A stretch of 64,000 nt of DNA from an uncultured Gammaproteobacteria bacterium (GCA_913042035.1 CAJWIN010000001.1:9357-73356), one strand, 5' to 3'. Shown: positions 47,259 to 57,572, counted from the first letter of the stretch. The notes: generated by a model from the sequence alone, not told the origin. Numbers and translations are program-made.

Positions 47259-49006
47259 TATTTAAAAATTTGTGAGTTATAAAGTTTATAATAGAAACCC
47301 TCCCTTTTTATTAAATCTTTGTGATTTCCAACTTCAACTATTTTTCCATTATCCATTACAATTATTTTGTTTGCACTTTCAACCGTTGAAAGTCTATGAG
47401 CTATTACAATTGTTGTTCTACCCTCTTTAAGACTATCAAGAGCTTTTTGTATAAATTTTTCAGATACAGTATCTAAAGAAGATGTTGCTTCGTCAAAAAT
47501 TAAAATCTTTGCATCTTTTAAAAAAGCTCGTGCAATTGCTAGCCTTTGTCTTTGTCCGCCAGATAATAAGACACCATTTTCTCCTATTTCAGTGTTAATT
47601 CCTTCTGGCATGTCTTTTATAAATTCTTGTGAATATGATTGTTTTAATACATTATTTATTTGTTCGTCACTGACATTTTTCTTTCCGTAGGAAATATTAT
47701 TTTTTATCGTATCGTTAAATAAAATTGTATCTTGACCAACATAGCTTATATTTTGTCTTAAAAAATTTATCTTTAAGTCATTTATATTTGTATTATTTAT
47801 GGTTATTTTTCCTGAAGAAACGTTATATAGTCTTGGAATTAAATTAACAAGTGTTGATTTGCCGCATCCGGACATACCAACTATGGCAACAAATTTACCA
47901 GATTCAATTTCTAAATCAACATTATCTAATGTTAATGAATCGGATCCATCGTATTTAAAATTTACTTTACTTAAAATAATATCGTTATTTATATCTATAT
48001 TATCAATTAAACCAGTGTCATACTCTGATTGCTCATCAATAAGCTCGAAAACATTTTCACCCGCAGCTATACCTTGTTGAAGCCTCGCGTTTATACTAGC
48101 TAATCCTCTAGCAGGTCCTAGAATCATGAACATAGCAAACATAAATGAAACAAAGGAGCCAACAGTAATTGATTCTATGACAAAATCAAACGTAGACAAT
48201 AATATTATTCCTGATAAAGACGACCCAACTATTAGCATGATTACTGCGCTATTAATGCCCTCTGTAAATGCAAGCCTCATATGACTATTTTTATTAAAAG
48301 TATTTGTATCCTTAAATCTATCTATCTCTTTTTCATATCCTTTAAAAATTTTCACTATCTTATTTCCTTGAATAACTTCTTGAGCTGTATGAATAATGCT
48401 ACCAACTGAATTTTGAGCGTCATGGGTCAATTTTCTAAATCTTTTATTTAATATACTAACAAGAAAAACTATAAATGGTGCGGCAGTTATAAAAAATAGA
48501 GTTAACTCCCAGCTCAAATAAAACATCCATATTAATAATCCTATAATTGTTAGAGTATCTCTGATTAAAATTATTAAACTTCTTGATGCTACGGAAGATA
48601 ATAATTCAACATTATGTGATATACGAGACATTAAATCACCTGAAGAAGATTTATCATAAAAAGATATTGGTAGATTTAGTATTTTTTTAAACATCATTTC
48701 TCTTAATCTATAAACAAGTGTTCTTCCAACTTTTGCCATATAATATATAGTTAAAAATATACCAATTGATCTTAATAGGAATATAGAAAATAAACCTAAT
48801 GGTAATAAGTTAATAACAGATTGATCTCTTTGAATAAAGCCACCATCAAGGATCGGTTTCATTATGGCTGATAAAGCTGGATCACTTAATGCAGTTATAA
48901 CCATGCCGAATATTGCAATGGATAAAGGTCCGCTATTGTTTTTCAAAGCTATTTTTATTAGCCTCTTATATACCGCCCAACCATTTTTTTGATTACTTTC
49001 TTTCAA
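47258..49006 (-). CDS. msbA: Lipid A export ABC transporter MsbA (fused permease-ATPase).
   Basis: Six-TM exporter domain plus NBD with Walker A GMSGCGKST, signature LSGGQRQRLAIARA and Walker B ILIFDEATS. 582 aa. Confidence 0.9.
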   Translation of the reverse strand: MKESNQKNGWAVYKRLIKIALKNNSGPLSIAIFGMVITALSDPALSAIMKPILDGGFIQRDQSVINLLPLGLFSIFLLRSIGIFLTIYYMAKVGRTLVYRLREMMFKKILNLPISFYDKSSSGDLMSRISHNVELLSSVASRSLIILIRDTLTIIGLLIWMFYLSWELTLFFITAAPFIVFLVSILNKRFRKLTHDAQNSVGSIIHTAQEVIQGNKIVKIFKGYEKEIDRFKDTNTFNKNSHMRLAFTEGINSAVIMLIVGSSLSGIILLSTFDFVIESITVGSFVSFMFAMFMILGPARGLASINARLQQGIAAGENVFELIDEQSEYDTGLIDNIDINNDIILSKVNFKYDGSDSLTLDNVDLEIESGKFVAIVGMSGCGKSTLVNLIPRLYNVSSGKITINNTNINDLKINFLRQNISYVGQDTILFNDTIKNNISYGKKNVSDEQINNVLKQSYSQEFIKDMPEGINTEIGENGVLLSGGQRQRLAIARAFLKDAKILIFDEATSSLDTVSEKFIQKALDSLKEGRTTIVIAHRLSTVESANKIIVMDNGKIVEVGNHKDLIKREGFYYKLYNSQIFK

Positions 49007-49053
49007 ATTCTTATATACTTAATTTAATTGATAGAAACACTTATTTTACAGAA

Positions 49054-49557
49054 ATGATTAAAAATGTAATCAAAAGATTCTTCCCTAAGCTTGACACGGT
49101 AAAAGAAGAAAAAATTTTAAAAATTTTTGGTCCTGCAGTTTTGCAGCCCAATCTATGGCATATAAACAAAAAATCAGTCTCTAGAGGTTTTGCAATAGGA
49201 GCTTTTTGTGCTTTTTTACCCATACCTGGACAAATGATTCTTGCCGCATTCCTATCCATAACATTTGCTGCAAATATACCAATAGCAGTAATTTTAACAT
49301 GGATAACAAATCCTATAACTTTTACACCTATATTTTATTTTGCATATAAAATAGGAAGAATGGTTTTCGATGGCACAATTAATTACAATGTTGGTGAGAA
49401 AGAAATAGATATACTTTCAAATATTATGTATATATGGGAACCTTTGCTACTAGGGTCGATTATACTTTCAATAATAGGCTCAACAATTGCTTATATAATT
49501 ATTAGAACATATTGGAGATACTACGTTATTAAAATTTGGTCTAAAAGAAAAAAGTAA
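49054..49557 (+). CDS. DUF2062-family membrane protein. Start trimmed from the ORF-track 48913 to the ATG at 49054.
   Basis: Translation from 49054 begins MIKNVIKRFFPKLDTVKEEKILKIFGPAVLQPNLWHINKKSVSRGFAIGAFCAFLPIPGQ, typical of DUF2062. The longer ORF would overlap the msbA start by 94 nt. This family commonly neighbours lolCD. Confidence 0.6.
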   Translation: MIKNVIKRFFPKLDTVKEEKILKIFGPAVLQPNLWHINKKSVSRGFAIGAFCAFLPIPGQMILAAFLSITFAANIPIAVILTWITNPITFTPIFYFAYKIGRMVFDGTINYNVGEKEIDILSNIMYIWEPLLLGSIILSIIGSTIAYIIIRTYWRYYVIKIWSKRKK

Positions 49558-49562
49558 CAAAT

Positions 49563-50231
49563 CTATATGTCTTTTAACTGACCATTATCTATTTTAAAAT
49601 TTCTATTAAGCTTTAATGCAATTTCTAAATCATGTGTGGCCATTATTAAACTTGATTTATTATTTTTAACTAGATCATTTAGCAAGGCAAAAATATTATT
49701 AGCATTATTTTTATCCAGATTACCAGTAGGTTCATCAGCAAAGATAATTTTAGGATTATTGACAATAGATCTTGCGATTGCAACTCTTTGTCGCTCTCCG
49801 CCAGAAAGTTTATCAAGCTGAAAATTTTTTCTTTTTGTCATATCAACTTGATCAATAACTTCATTGACTATCTTCTCTATATCAGTATTACTTTTTTTTG
49901 CGATACGAAGAGGCAAAGATATATTTTCTTTAACAGATAATTCTTTTATCAAATGATGAAATTGATAAATAAAACCTATTTTAGTTAGTCTTATTTTACT
50001 AAGGTTATTATCTTCTAAATCAGAAACTAAATGTCCATCTAGCTCAATTTCCCCAGAATCTGCCTTATCCAAAGTTGATAGAATATGTAAAAGAGTACTT
50101 TTACCACTTCCAGATGCGCCAGTAATTGAGACAGTTTCTCCTGAGGAAATATTTAAATTTATATTAGACAATATATTTATTCTGTTATTTCCATCTGAAT
50201 ATGATTTTTTTAAATTTTTACATATCAACAT
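49563..50231 (-). CDS. lolD: Lipoprotein-releasing system ATP-binding protein.
   Basis: Walker A GASGSGKST, signature LSGGERQRVAIARS, Walker B IIFADEPTGNLD. 222 aa. Adjacent to the lolC/E-type permease. Confidence 0.88.
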   Translation of the reverse strand: MLICKNLKKSYSDGNNRINILSNINLNISSGETVSITGASGSGKSTLLHILSTLDKADSGEIELDGHLVSDLEDNNLSKIRLTKIGFIYQFHHLIKELSVKENISLPLRIAKKSNTDIEKIVNEVIDQVDMTKRKNFQLDKLSGGERQRVAIARSIVNNPKIIFADEPTGNLDKNNANNIFALLNDLVKNNKSSLIMATHDLEIALKLNRNFKIDNGQLKDI

Positions 50232-50234
50232 AAT

Positions 50235-51479
50235 TTAATTACCTTTAAGCGTTTCGGCTGGTCTTGTTTTGGCTGCATTCAAGGAAGGATAAATAGTTGC
50301 CAATACGGCAAGAACAAATGATGCTGTTGAGACGAACAGTAAGTCTAGCAGCTCAACCTTAGCTGGCACTGAACTAATCATATAGATATCTGCATCTAGT
50401 ATGCTTTGGCCTAAGAAATATTCTATAAATTTAACAATATAATCTAAATTAAATGATATTATTAATCCTAATAATAGACCCAAAATAATTCCACAAATTC
50501 CTAAGAACGTTCCCTGTAAAATAAATATTTGCATTATATTTCTAGAAGTCATACCAATAGTCTTTAAGATTGCAATATCAGACTTTTTTTCTGAGACAAC
50601 CATAAACAAAGAAGATATTATATTAAAAGTCGCTACTAGTACTATTAAAAGCATTAGAAGCATAAGCATGGTTTTTTCCATCTGCAATGCATTAAAAAAA
50701 TTCTTATTCATCATTGTCCAATCTATGACAATATAATTAGGTTTGTAGTTGGATTTTATAATTCCTGACATTTCTTGAGACTTAAAAAGGTCATGAAGCT
50801 TTAATCTTAATCCAGTTATTTTATTTCCAGTACCATATAATAATTGCGCCTCTTCAATATCAATAAACACTAAATTTTTATCGTACTGCTGCATTCCAAA
50901 ATTAAATATTGAGGAAACTTCAAATCTTTTAATTCTTGGAACAATTCCAATTATAGTAGAATTTGCTCTTGGAATAACTAAGGTAATTTTATCACCAATA
51001 TCTAAGTTCATTTTTCTTGCTAAATCTTTTCCAATAGATATTTGATATGGTTTATTTCCAATTTCATTAAGGCTTCCTTCTATAATATTATCTTTTAAAC
51101 TTGTAACATCTTTTTCATACTTCGGTATTATTCCCTTTACTTGAATACCGTGAACATTATTTCCAAAACTTATCATAGCTTGGCCTTCAACATATGGTGC
51201 CGAGCTATAAACCAAATTATTTTTATCAATTTTATATTTAAGCTCTTTCCAATTTTTTAAAGTGTAATTTTCTTCAGTAACAATAACATGTGAAACCATG
51301 CTTAAAATTTTATTCCTCATTTCACTATGAAAACCATTCATAATAGACATTACAACTATAATTGCTGCTATACCTAAAGAAATGCCAATAACAGAGGATT
51401 TAGATATTATGGATGTAAATCTACTATTTTTTTTTGACCTAAGGAATTTATAGGCTATATAAAAGGATACGTAATTCAT
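50235..51479 (-). CDS. lolC: Lipoprotein-releasing system permease (LolC/LolE family, FtsX-like).
   Basis: N-terminal TM, a large periplasmic MacB-like domain and three C-terminal TM helices. 414 aa. Confidence 0.85.
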   Translation of the reverse strand: MNYVSFYIAYKFLRSKKNSRFTSIISKSSVIGISLGIAAIIVVMSIMNGFHSEMRNKILSMVSHVIVTEENYTLKNWKELKYKIDKNNLVYSSAPYVEGQAMISFGNNVHGIQVKGIIPKYEKDVTSLKDNIIEGSLNEIGNKPYQISIGKDLARKMNLDIGDKITLVIPRANSTIIGIVPRIKRFEVSSIFNFGMQQYDKNLVFIDIEEAQLLYGTGNKITGLRLKLHDLFKSQEMSGIIKSNYKPNYIVIDWTMMNKNFFNALQMEKTMLMLLMLLIVLVATFNIISSLFMVVSEKKSDIAILKTIGMTSRNIMQIFILQGTFLGICGIILGLLLGLIISFNLDYIVKFIEYFLGQSILDADIYMISSVPAKVELLDLLFVSTASFVLAVLATIYPSLNAAKTRPAETLKGN

Positions 51480-52384
51480 TATTCCTCATTCACTATTGAA
51501 TTAATACTTAATAAAACATAATTTGAAGAATCTAAAACAATGACATTTGAACTCCCAATAAAATCTCCAGCCATTATCATAGCTTTTTTATGCTTTGATA
51601 TTCTAGCTTCAACAATAACTTCTTTAGCTGAAGATAGAGTATGTGATTCAATCATGCTCATTGTATTATCTAGTCTAATAGTATAGTTTTTTTTTGATTT
51701 AAAAACATCAAAAATATCTATTGCAAGAGGAACTCGCATACCATTACTATTTCTAGCATAAACAAATAAAATCTCATTTCCATTGATTTTAGATAAAATA
51801 TCTTCATGTATAGAAACCGTAATATCAATGATAGGCTCTTTAGTTTGAAAATAATATGAAATTTTATATCGCAAATACTCACTTGAATAGGAATATATTG
51901 AAAGAGTTAGAACTGGTATAAAAATAATTAAAACTATGTAAATTTTTTTTAAATCTAAAATACTTCTCGAAACAAAAGATAAAGTATTTTTTTTATTAAT
52001 AAGTTTTTTATCCTTAGCTATTTTTTTCCCATCTTTTCTGAAATTAAAGAACAAATATATTAAAGACAAAAATAGGATTAAGAATGGGCTAAACCATAGA
52101 AAAAAAGTTGATTTTTTTATGGGTGGATTATATAAGACATAATCAGTATATCTATCCGACATAAACTTATATATGTCGTCTTCAGATTTTCCAGAATTTA
52201 ACATACTCTTAACTTTAGCGCGCAAATCTTTAGCAAGGTTAGAATCTGATTCTGAAAGTGACTGGTTTTGGCAAACTAAACATCTAAGGTTTTCAATAAT
52301 TACATTATATTTTTTCTCATCAAAAGCATGTGAAATATTTTGCATGAAAAATATAACTAGTATGTATAAAAAAAATTTATTCAT
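51479..52384 (-). CDS. ccmH: Cytochrome c-type biogenesis protein CcmH fused to a TPR-less CcmI-like C-terminal domain.
   Basis: N-terminal signal peptide plus the LRCLVCQNQS motif (CcmH LRC-x2-C), then a TM. The C-terminal VYARNSNGMRVPLAIDIF...SSAKEVIVEARISKHKKAM resembles the CcmI/CycH C-terminal domain. Confidence 0.8.
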   Translation of the reverse strand: MNKFFLYILVIFFMQNISHAFDEKKYNVIIENLRCLVCQNQSLSESDSNLAKDLRAKVKSMLNSGKSEDDIYKFMSDRYTDYVLYNPPIKKSTFFLWFSPFLILFLSLIYLFFNFRKDGKKIAKDKKLINKKNTLSFVSRSILDLKKIYIVLIIFIPVLTLSIYSYSSEYLRYKISYYFQTKEPIIDITVSIHEDILSKINGNEILFVYARNSNGMRVPLAIDIFDVFKSKKNYTIRLDNTMSMIESHTLSSAKEVIVEARISKHKKAMIMAGDFIGSSNVIVLDSSNYVLLSINSIVNEE

Positions 52385-52940
52385 TATTTATAATCGGTAA
52401 TATTACATCATTATAATAATTTTCATCTATTGGCCCAACATATTTATGTATTATTATACCCTTTTCATTAATTAAGAAAGTTTCAGGGGCTCCATAGACG
52501 CCAAGATTTATAGCGGTATTTCCGTTATTATCAAATATATTTTTTTTATAAGGGTTACCTCTCTCTTTTAACCAGTTTATTGCAGAATTTTTATCATCTT
52601 TATAATTTAAACCATAGATTTTAATTGTACCTCTAGAATATATATCAATTAAATGATTATGTTCTAAACTACATGCATAACACCAACTTCCCCATACATT
52701 AAGGATGTATATTTCACCTATTAAATCTTGGTTAGTTATTTCGTTGTCGTCAAATAAGGTCGGTGAGGAAAATTCAGGCATAGGCTTTCCAATTAATGGA
52801 GAAGGAATAAGTGTAGGATCTTTGTTTAACCCGCTATAAAGGAAAAAAAGTATCGCTATAAAAATTAATATTGGTATAAAAGAAAGTCTATATAGCATTG
52901 GCAAGTTTTTTTTCAATTTTTCGTCTACCAAATATACCAA
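52377..52940 (-). CDS. ccmG: Thiol:disulfide interchange protein CcmG/DsbE.
   Basis: Thioredoxin fold with WGSWCYAC (the CxxC motif). N-terminal membrane anchor. 187 aa. Confidence 0.88.
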   Translation of the reverse strand: MVYLVDEKLKKNLPMLYRLSFIPILIFIAILFFLYSGLNKDPTLIPSPLIGKPMPEFSSPTLFDDNEITNQDLIGEIYILNVWGSWCYACSLEHNHLIDIYSRGTIKIYGLNYKDDKNSAINWLKERGNPYKKNIFDNNGNTAINLGVYGAPETFLINEKGIIIHKYVGPIDENYYNDVILPIINNE

Positions 52941-54837
52941 ACAATCCTCCCAAAATCATTAAACCAACACCATACCAAAGAAACTGGATATAAGGTTTGT
53001 AGTAAATTCTCACCACCCAAGAGTCTTCAGAAACATTTTCTCCAAGAGCAACGTATATGTCTCTAAATAAACTAGAGTCTATAGCAGCTTCAGTCATAAT
53101 ATTTTTTTGAATATTGTATGTTCTCTTTTCTGGAAAAAAAGATACAAAATAATTATTATCTGAATATGCATCAAAAATCCCAACTTGCGAAGAATAATTT
53201 TTTGATAATTTATTTTGCACACCAACAAATTTTATTGAAATATTTTTAATAATAATTTCCGAGTTTTTTTGCATGATAATTTCTTTTTGGACTGAATAAT
53301 AATTACTTATGGTAATTCCAATAATAAGTATTCCTATACCAATATGGGAAAATAAGTTCGAGAAAGAAGACGAGGGTATGTTTAATATTTTTTTTATAAT
53401 CATCCCTTTGTTTGTTTTTGAAACTTGATAAATTTTTAATAATGAAGAAAAAATAGTAAATATTGCTAAAAACATTGCTAAAAACACAACAAAGACATCA
53501 GTCTCAAAAAATATATTCAGGATAATATAAGTTAAAATTAATGAATAAAATAAAACAAACACAAGTTTTTTAGTAAGACTTTTGTAATTAGTTTTTTTCC
53601 AACTACTATATATAGCTGGAGACATTAGAAAAACTATAGGTAACATTAGTGCTGAAAATATGAAATTAAAATATGGTGCACCAACAGAAATTTTTCCTAA
53701 ATCTAGTGAACTACTTATAAGTGGGTATAAAGTACCTAGCAATATTGCAAATGTTGTAATTGTTAAAAATAAATTATTAAGCAATAAAGCAAATTCTTTT
53801 GATGATACGGAGTATTGTTTATGGAAAATCAATATATTTGATTTTAGAAAATATAAAGTTAATGAAGAACCAATAATTAATGTTAAGAATAATAATATAT
53901 ATAAACCTCTTTCTGGGTCATTTGCAAAAGCATGTACTGAAACTAAAATTCCAGATCTAACAAGAAATGTTCCGAGCAAACTTAATGAAAATGTTAATAT
54001 TGACAAAAGAATACTCCAATTGATAAATATTCCTCTTTTTTCTGAAACTATTAAAGAATGTAGCAAAGCGGTTATAGCAAGCCAAGGCATAAAAGATGCG
54101 TTTTCAACAGGATCCCAAAACCACCAACCTCCCCAGCCTAATTCATGATAAGCCCACCAACTTCCTAGTGAAATCCCAATGGTCAAAAACATCCATGAAG
54201 CTATTACCCATTTTCTCAACCAAGCAATCCATTCGAGTTTAATACTTCCATTTATTAAAACTGAGATAGCAAAAACAAAAGGCACACTGGTTCCAACATA
54301 ACCAATATACAACATAGGGGGATGTATTATTAAACCTGGATCCTGTAATAAAGGGTTAAGATCTCTACCATTTAAAGGTACTGGAAAAACTCTATCAAAG
54401 GGATTTGAACTAAATAATATAAATACAAGAAAAAATAGCAATAATAAACCCATTACAGAAATCATATCTATAATTATAGTTTTTGGCATATTTTTGGAGA
54501 GCAGAATAATCAATGAACACCAGATTGACATAACAAGAACCCACAGTAATATTGAACCCTCATGAGCTCCCCACACAGCTGAAAATTTATATACATTTTC
54601 TAAGTCAATATTAGAATTATTAGCAACATATCTTAAAGAAAAATCATCGGTTAAGAAAGCATAAGCTAATATTAAAAATGATAAGGTTATTAGAATAGAA
54701 ATAGAAATAGAAAAATATTTACAAAAAGTAAATCTTATATTTGTCGCTAAAGATTTTTTAAAAAAAATAACAGCAAACATGCATAAAGATAGCGTTGCTG
54801 AAATACTTAGAAAAATATTTCCTATTTCATTTATCAT
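52888..54837 (-). CDS. ccmF: Cytochrome c-type biogenesis protein CcmF (haem lyase subunit).
   Basis: 649 aa polytopic protein with a W-rich WGGWWFWDPVEN motif (the WWD domain). Confidence 0.93.
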   Translation of the reverse strand: MINEIGNIFLSISATLSLCMFAVIFFKKSLATNIRFTFCKYFSISISILITLSFLILAYAFLTDDFSLRYVANNSNIDLENVYKFSAVWGAHEGSILLWVLVMSIWCSLIILLSKNMPKTIIIDMISVMGLLLLFFLVFILFSSNPFDRVFPVPLNGRDLNPLLQDPGLIIHPPMLYIGYVGTSVPFVFAISVLINGSIKLEWIAWLRKWVIASWMFLTIGISLGSWWAYHELGWGGWWFWDPVENASFMPWLAITALLHSLIVSEKRGIFINWSILLSILTFSLSLLGTFLVRSGILVSVHAFANDPERGLYILLFLTLIIGSSLTLYFLKSNILIFHKQYSVSSKEFALLLNNLFLTITTFAILLGTLYPLISSSLDLGKISVGAPYFNFIFSALMLPIVFLMSPAIYSSWKKTNYKSLTKKLVFVLFYSLILTYIILNIFFETDVFVVFLAMFLAIFTIFSSLLKIYQVSKTNKGMIIKKILNIPSSSFSNLFSHIGIGILIIGITISNYYSVQKEIIMQKNSEIIIKNISIKFVGVQNKLSKNYSSQVGIFDAYSDNNYFVSFFPEKRTYNIQKNIMTEAAIDSSLFRDIYVALGENVSEDSWVVRIYYKPYIQFLWYGVGLMILGGLFGIFGRRKIEKKLANAI

Positions 54838-55285
54838 TTTTTTCCTTCAAATCCTCTTTTTTTTTCATCATATCTGCAACTTCAGGAGGCATATAGTTTT
54901 CATCGTGCTTTGCAAGTACTTCATCAGCAACAAATGTATTAAAATTAATTAGTCTTCCTGTCATTACAACCCCCTGTCCTTCTGCAAATAAATCAGGAAG
55001 TATTCCCTCATAATTAACACTTATGCTCTTGTCTAAATCATGAATAATAAAAGAAACTTTTAGGCTGTTATCTTTTCTTTTAAAAGATTTCTTCTTAACC
55101 ATGCCTCCAATTCTTATATATTTTTCTACCGGAGCTTCCTTATTTATTATTTGAGTAGGAGTATAAAAATACACAGAATTTTTACTAAATGCATATATTA
55201 AAAGAGCACTAAAACTTGAAAAAGCAAAAAAGAAAATGCAAATCTTAACAATTCTTTTTTTACTTGTTTTCGTTAACTTTATCAT
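54827..55285 (-). CDS. ccmE: Cytochrome c-type biogenesis haem chaperone CcmE.
   Basis: N-terminal anchor. The C-terminal LAKHDENYMPPEV motif contains the haem-binding His. Confidence 0.93.
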   Translation of the reverse strand: MIKLTKTSKKRIVKICIFFFAFSSFSALLIYAFSKNSVYFYTPTQIINKEAPVEKYIRIGGMVKKKSFKRKDNSLKVSFIIHDLDKSISVNYEGILPDLFAEGQGVVMTGRLINFNTFVADEVLAKHDENYMPPEVADMMKKKEDLKEKNDK

Positions 55286-55415
55286 TTTTACTATTTATTT
55301 CTTTTTTTAATCTATAATGTGGTATTAAATATCCAATCAATAATACTACTATTGAAAATATATAAGCTATATAAACAAATGCTGTATGTTTGCCCATATC
55401 AAAAAATTCAATCAT
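55260..55415 (-). CDS. ccmD: Haem exporter protein CcmD. Small ORF not in the provided track.
   Basis: Hand translation gives MIEFFDMGKHTAFVYIAYIFSIVVLLIGYLIPHYRLKKEINSKNDKVNENK (51 aa). The FF-MGG-x-FVW...single-TM pattern matches CcmD. It overlaps the ccmC stop (ATGATTGA) and the ccmE start, as is typical. Confidence 0.55.
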   Translation of the reverse strand: MIEFFDMGKHTAFVYIAYIFSIVVLLIGYLIPHYRLKKEINSKNDKVNENK

Positions 55416-56136
55416 TAGTATATTCCTTCATCCATTTACTATTTCTTTCCCTCATATATATGCCTAATCGTATTCTTTTCATAATAACCGTTATAAAGTA
55501 TAAATTAAAAACAAGAAACATATATAAAAGCGGTAATAGCATTGATATGTGAGCCGAGGGTTTATCAAATTTCGTTACAGTTGGGCCTTGATGAAGTGTG
55601 TTCCACCATTCAACGGAATAATGAATAATTGGAATATTTACAAGACCAATTATTGCTAATAATGAGGTAATCTTAACGGCCTGTCTTTTATCGCTAAACG
55701 ACGCATAAAGAACGATTACTCCAATATATAAAAATAATAAAATTAATTCTGATGTTAATCTGGCATCCCATACCCAATATGTGCCCCAAGTTGGCTTACC
55801 CCAAATCATACCTGTAACGAGTGCAATAATTGTAAAAAAAGCTCCTATAGAAGCGCTTTGAACACTTGCAATCTCCATGATTTTAATTTTCCATACCAAC
55901 GCGATAAATCCTGCAATAGCCATAAATATATATGTTTGAAGTGACAGCCAAGCTGCAGGAACATGGATGTACATAATTCTATAGCTATTTCCTTGTAAAT
56001 AATCCTCGGGTGCAACAAACAAACCCCAATATATGCCTGCTATAAATAAAAATAGTGTTAAAATAGATAAAAAAGATATTATCTTTTCTGTTTTAGTATA
56101 AAAAAACTTCAAATTTGCAATTTTAGAAATATTCAT
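55408..56136 (-). CDS. ccmC: Haem exporter protein CcmC.
   Basis: WWD motif WGTYWVWDARLT. Six TM helices. 242 aa. Confidence 0.93.
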   Translation of the reverse strand: MNISKIANLKFFYTKTEKIISFLSILTLFLFIAGIYWGLFVAPEDYLQGNSYRIMYIHVPAAWLSLQTYIFMAIAGFIALVWKIKIMEIASVQSASIGAFFTIIALVTGMIWGKPTWGTYWVWDARLTSELILLFLYIGVIVLYASFSDKRQAVKITSLLAIIGLVNIPIIHYSVEWWNTLHQGPTVTKFDKPSAHISMLLPLLYMFLVFNLYFITVIMKRIRLGIYMRERNSKWMKEYTND

Positions 56137-56138
56137 GA

Positions 56139-56801
56139 TTAATTGTTTATACTAAGCCTCAATGTATATTTAAGTAAATAGGGCATAATAGGTAGCGTAA
56201 GTAATAAAAGAGCAAGTAATATATATATTTGCATCTCGTAAGAGAGGCCAATTGATACGGCTTCAATAGCACTTGCAGAAAATATTAAGACGGGTATATA
56301 AAAAGGCACAACTATAACCGGTATTAAAATATTATTTTTTGACAAGCCCATTGTTAAGGCAGAACCAAATATACCTATTGATATTAAAACGGGAGTGCCA
56401 ATTATCAAAGTAGCTAATATAACTAGTGCGCTATCAAATGAGATATTAAAAAGTACCGATACTAAAGGTATGAAAACAATAATTGGTAGGCATGTAAAAA
56501 ACCAAGATGAAATAATTTTTAAAAAAAGAATGAGCTCTATTGAAGAATCAGAAGTAAGATATATTTCTATAATTCCATTATTAAAATCATCTTTAAAAAA
56601 ATTATTTGATGTGAGTATTGTTGTTAGAATAGTAGTAATCCATATAATGCCAGGTATGATTTTATCAAATAATTTTTTCTCAGGCCCTAAAACTAAAGGA
56701 AATATTGAGATAATTAAAAAAAAGAAAATTAATGGGAGAAATATATTATTTAAATTTCTAAAATAAACACTTAATTCTTTTTGAACTATTATTTTTAGCA
56801 T
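56139..56801 (-). CDS. ccmB: Haem exporter permease CcmB.
   Basis: 220 aa six-TM ABC-2-type permease, between ccmA and ccmC. Confidence 0.85.
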   Translation of the reverse strand: MLKIIVQKELSVYFRNLNNIFLPLIFFFLIISIFPLVLGPEKKLFDKIIPGIIWITTILTTILTSNNFFKDDFNNGIIEIYLTSDSSIELILFLKIISSWFFTCLPIIVFIPLVSVLFNISFDSALVILATLIIGTPVLISIGIFGSALTMGLSKNNILIPVIVVPFYIPVLIFSASAIEAVSIGLSYEMQIYILLALLLLTLPIMPYLLKYTLRLSINN

Positions 56802-56811
56802 TATTTAAAAT

Positions 56812-57432
56812 TTACATCCTCAAGTGCTTAATATTTTCAATATTTTTTGACAAATCGATATGTGAAGATAAAATTGTGATGCCTTTATTTTTTTGATTTT
56901 TAATCATAAGATTAATAAAAATATCTGTAGACTTATCATCTAAAAAACTTAATGGCTCATCTAGTACCCATATCTTTTTTTTTGTCATAACTAATCTAGC
57001 TAATGATGTCTTTTTTTTATTCCCTTCTGAAAGATTTTTAACTGGATAATCTTTATATTTATATATATTAAAATAGTTCATAGCCTCTTCTATCTTTAAT
57101 TTATTATTAGAATTAATTGATAAATCTAAAGCACTGAGGTATTCAAGATTTTCATATACCGTCAAATCATTGTTTAAACTATTTTTATGTCCAACATAAA
57201 TGATATTTTCTATGTAAGTACTATTTTTATTTTCTATATCTACATCATTAATTGAAACATTTCCGGATTCTAAGGCCTGAATTCCGCATATGGATTTTAT
57301 TAAAGTTGTTTTACCAGAGCCATTTGATCCTGATATTAAAGCAATGTCACTATTTTTTAGTGTTAAGTTTATATCCCTGAAGATAAGATTATCATTCTTG
57401 TAACAACTAGCTGAATTAACTGAAATTTCCAT
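56812..57432 (-). CDS. ccmA: Cytochrome c biogenesis ATP-binding export protein CcmA.
   Basis: Walker A GSNGSGKTT, signature LSEGNKKKTSLARL and Walker B VLDEP. 206 aa. First gene of the ccm operon. Confidence 0.85.
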   Translation of the reverse strand: MEISVNSASCYKNDNLIFRDINLTLKNSDIALISGSNGSGKTTLIKSICGIQALESGNVSINDVDIENKNSTYIENIIYVGHKNSLNNDLTVYENLEYLSALDLSINSNNKLKIEEAMNYFNIYKYKDYPVKNLSEGNKKKTSLARLVMTKKKIWVLDEPLSFLDDKSTDIFINLMIKNQKNKGITILSSHIDLSKNIENIKHLRM

Positions 57433-57535
57433 GCTATTTTAAATATTTTCCACATATAAAGTTTATAAGCTAAATAATAACATATGATAAAGCCTATATA
57501 AATTGTACTTGTTAGAACATTTTTAAAAATTTTAA

Positions 57536-57543
57536 TGTAAAAT
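57536..57543 (+). promoter_or_regulatory. Candidate extended -10 element (TGtAAAAT) for mfd in the ccmA/mfd divergent region.
   Basis: Read directly. TGn plus TAAAAT lies about 30 nt upstream of the mfd ATG. Low specificity. Confidence 0.2.
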
Positions 57544-57572
57544 GGCCAACCTAAATAAAAAAAAGTATATTT

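Noticed and set aside
48913-49053. Upstream extension of the DUF2062 ORF overlapping the msbA start by 94 nt.
   Set aside because: Homologues of this family start at MIKNVIKRFFP, which matches the ATG at 49054. The upstream extension only reflects the absence of an in-frame stop.
53660-54148. 162-aa plus-strand ORF inside ccmF.
   Set aside because: It lies antisense within the conserved CcmF coding region. It has no recognisable domain and no plausible RBS or promoter space.
55319-55552. 77-aa plus-strand ORF across the ccmD/ccmC junction.
   Set aside because: It is antisense to ccmC and ccmD, which have family-typical sequences on the minus strand. It has no features of a real gene.
56395-56766. 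123-aa plus-strand ORF inside ccmB.
   Set aside because: It is antisense to the CcmB permease. It is a K/I-rich low-complexity product typical of AT-rich antisense frames.
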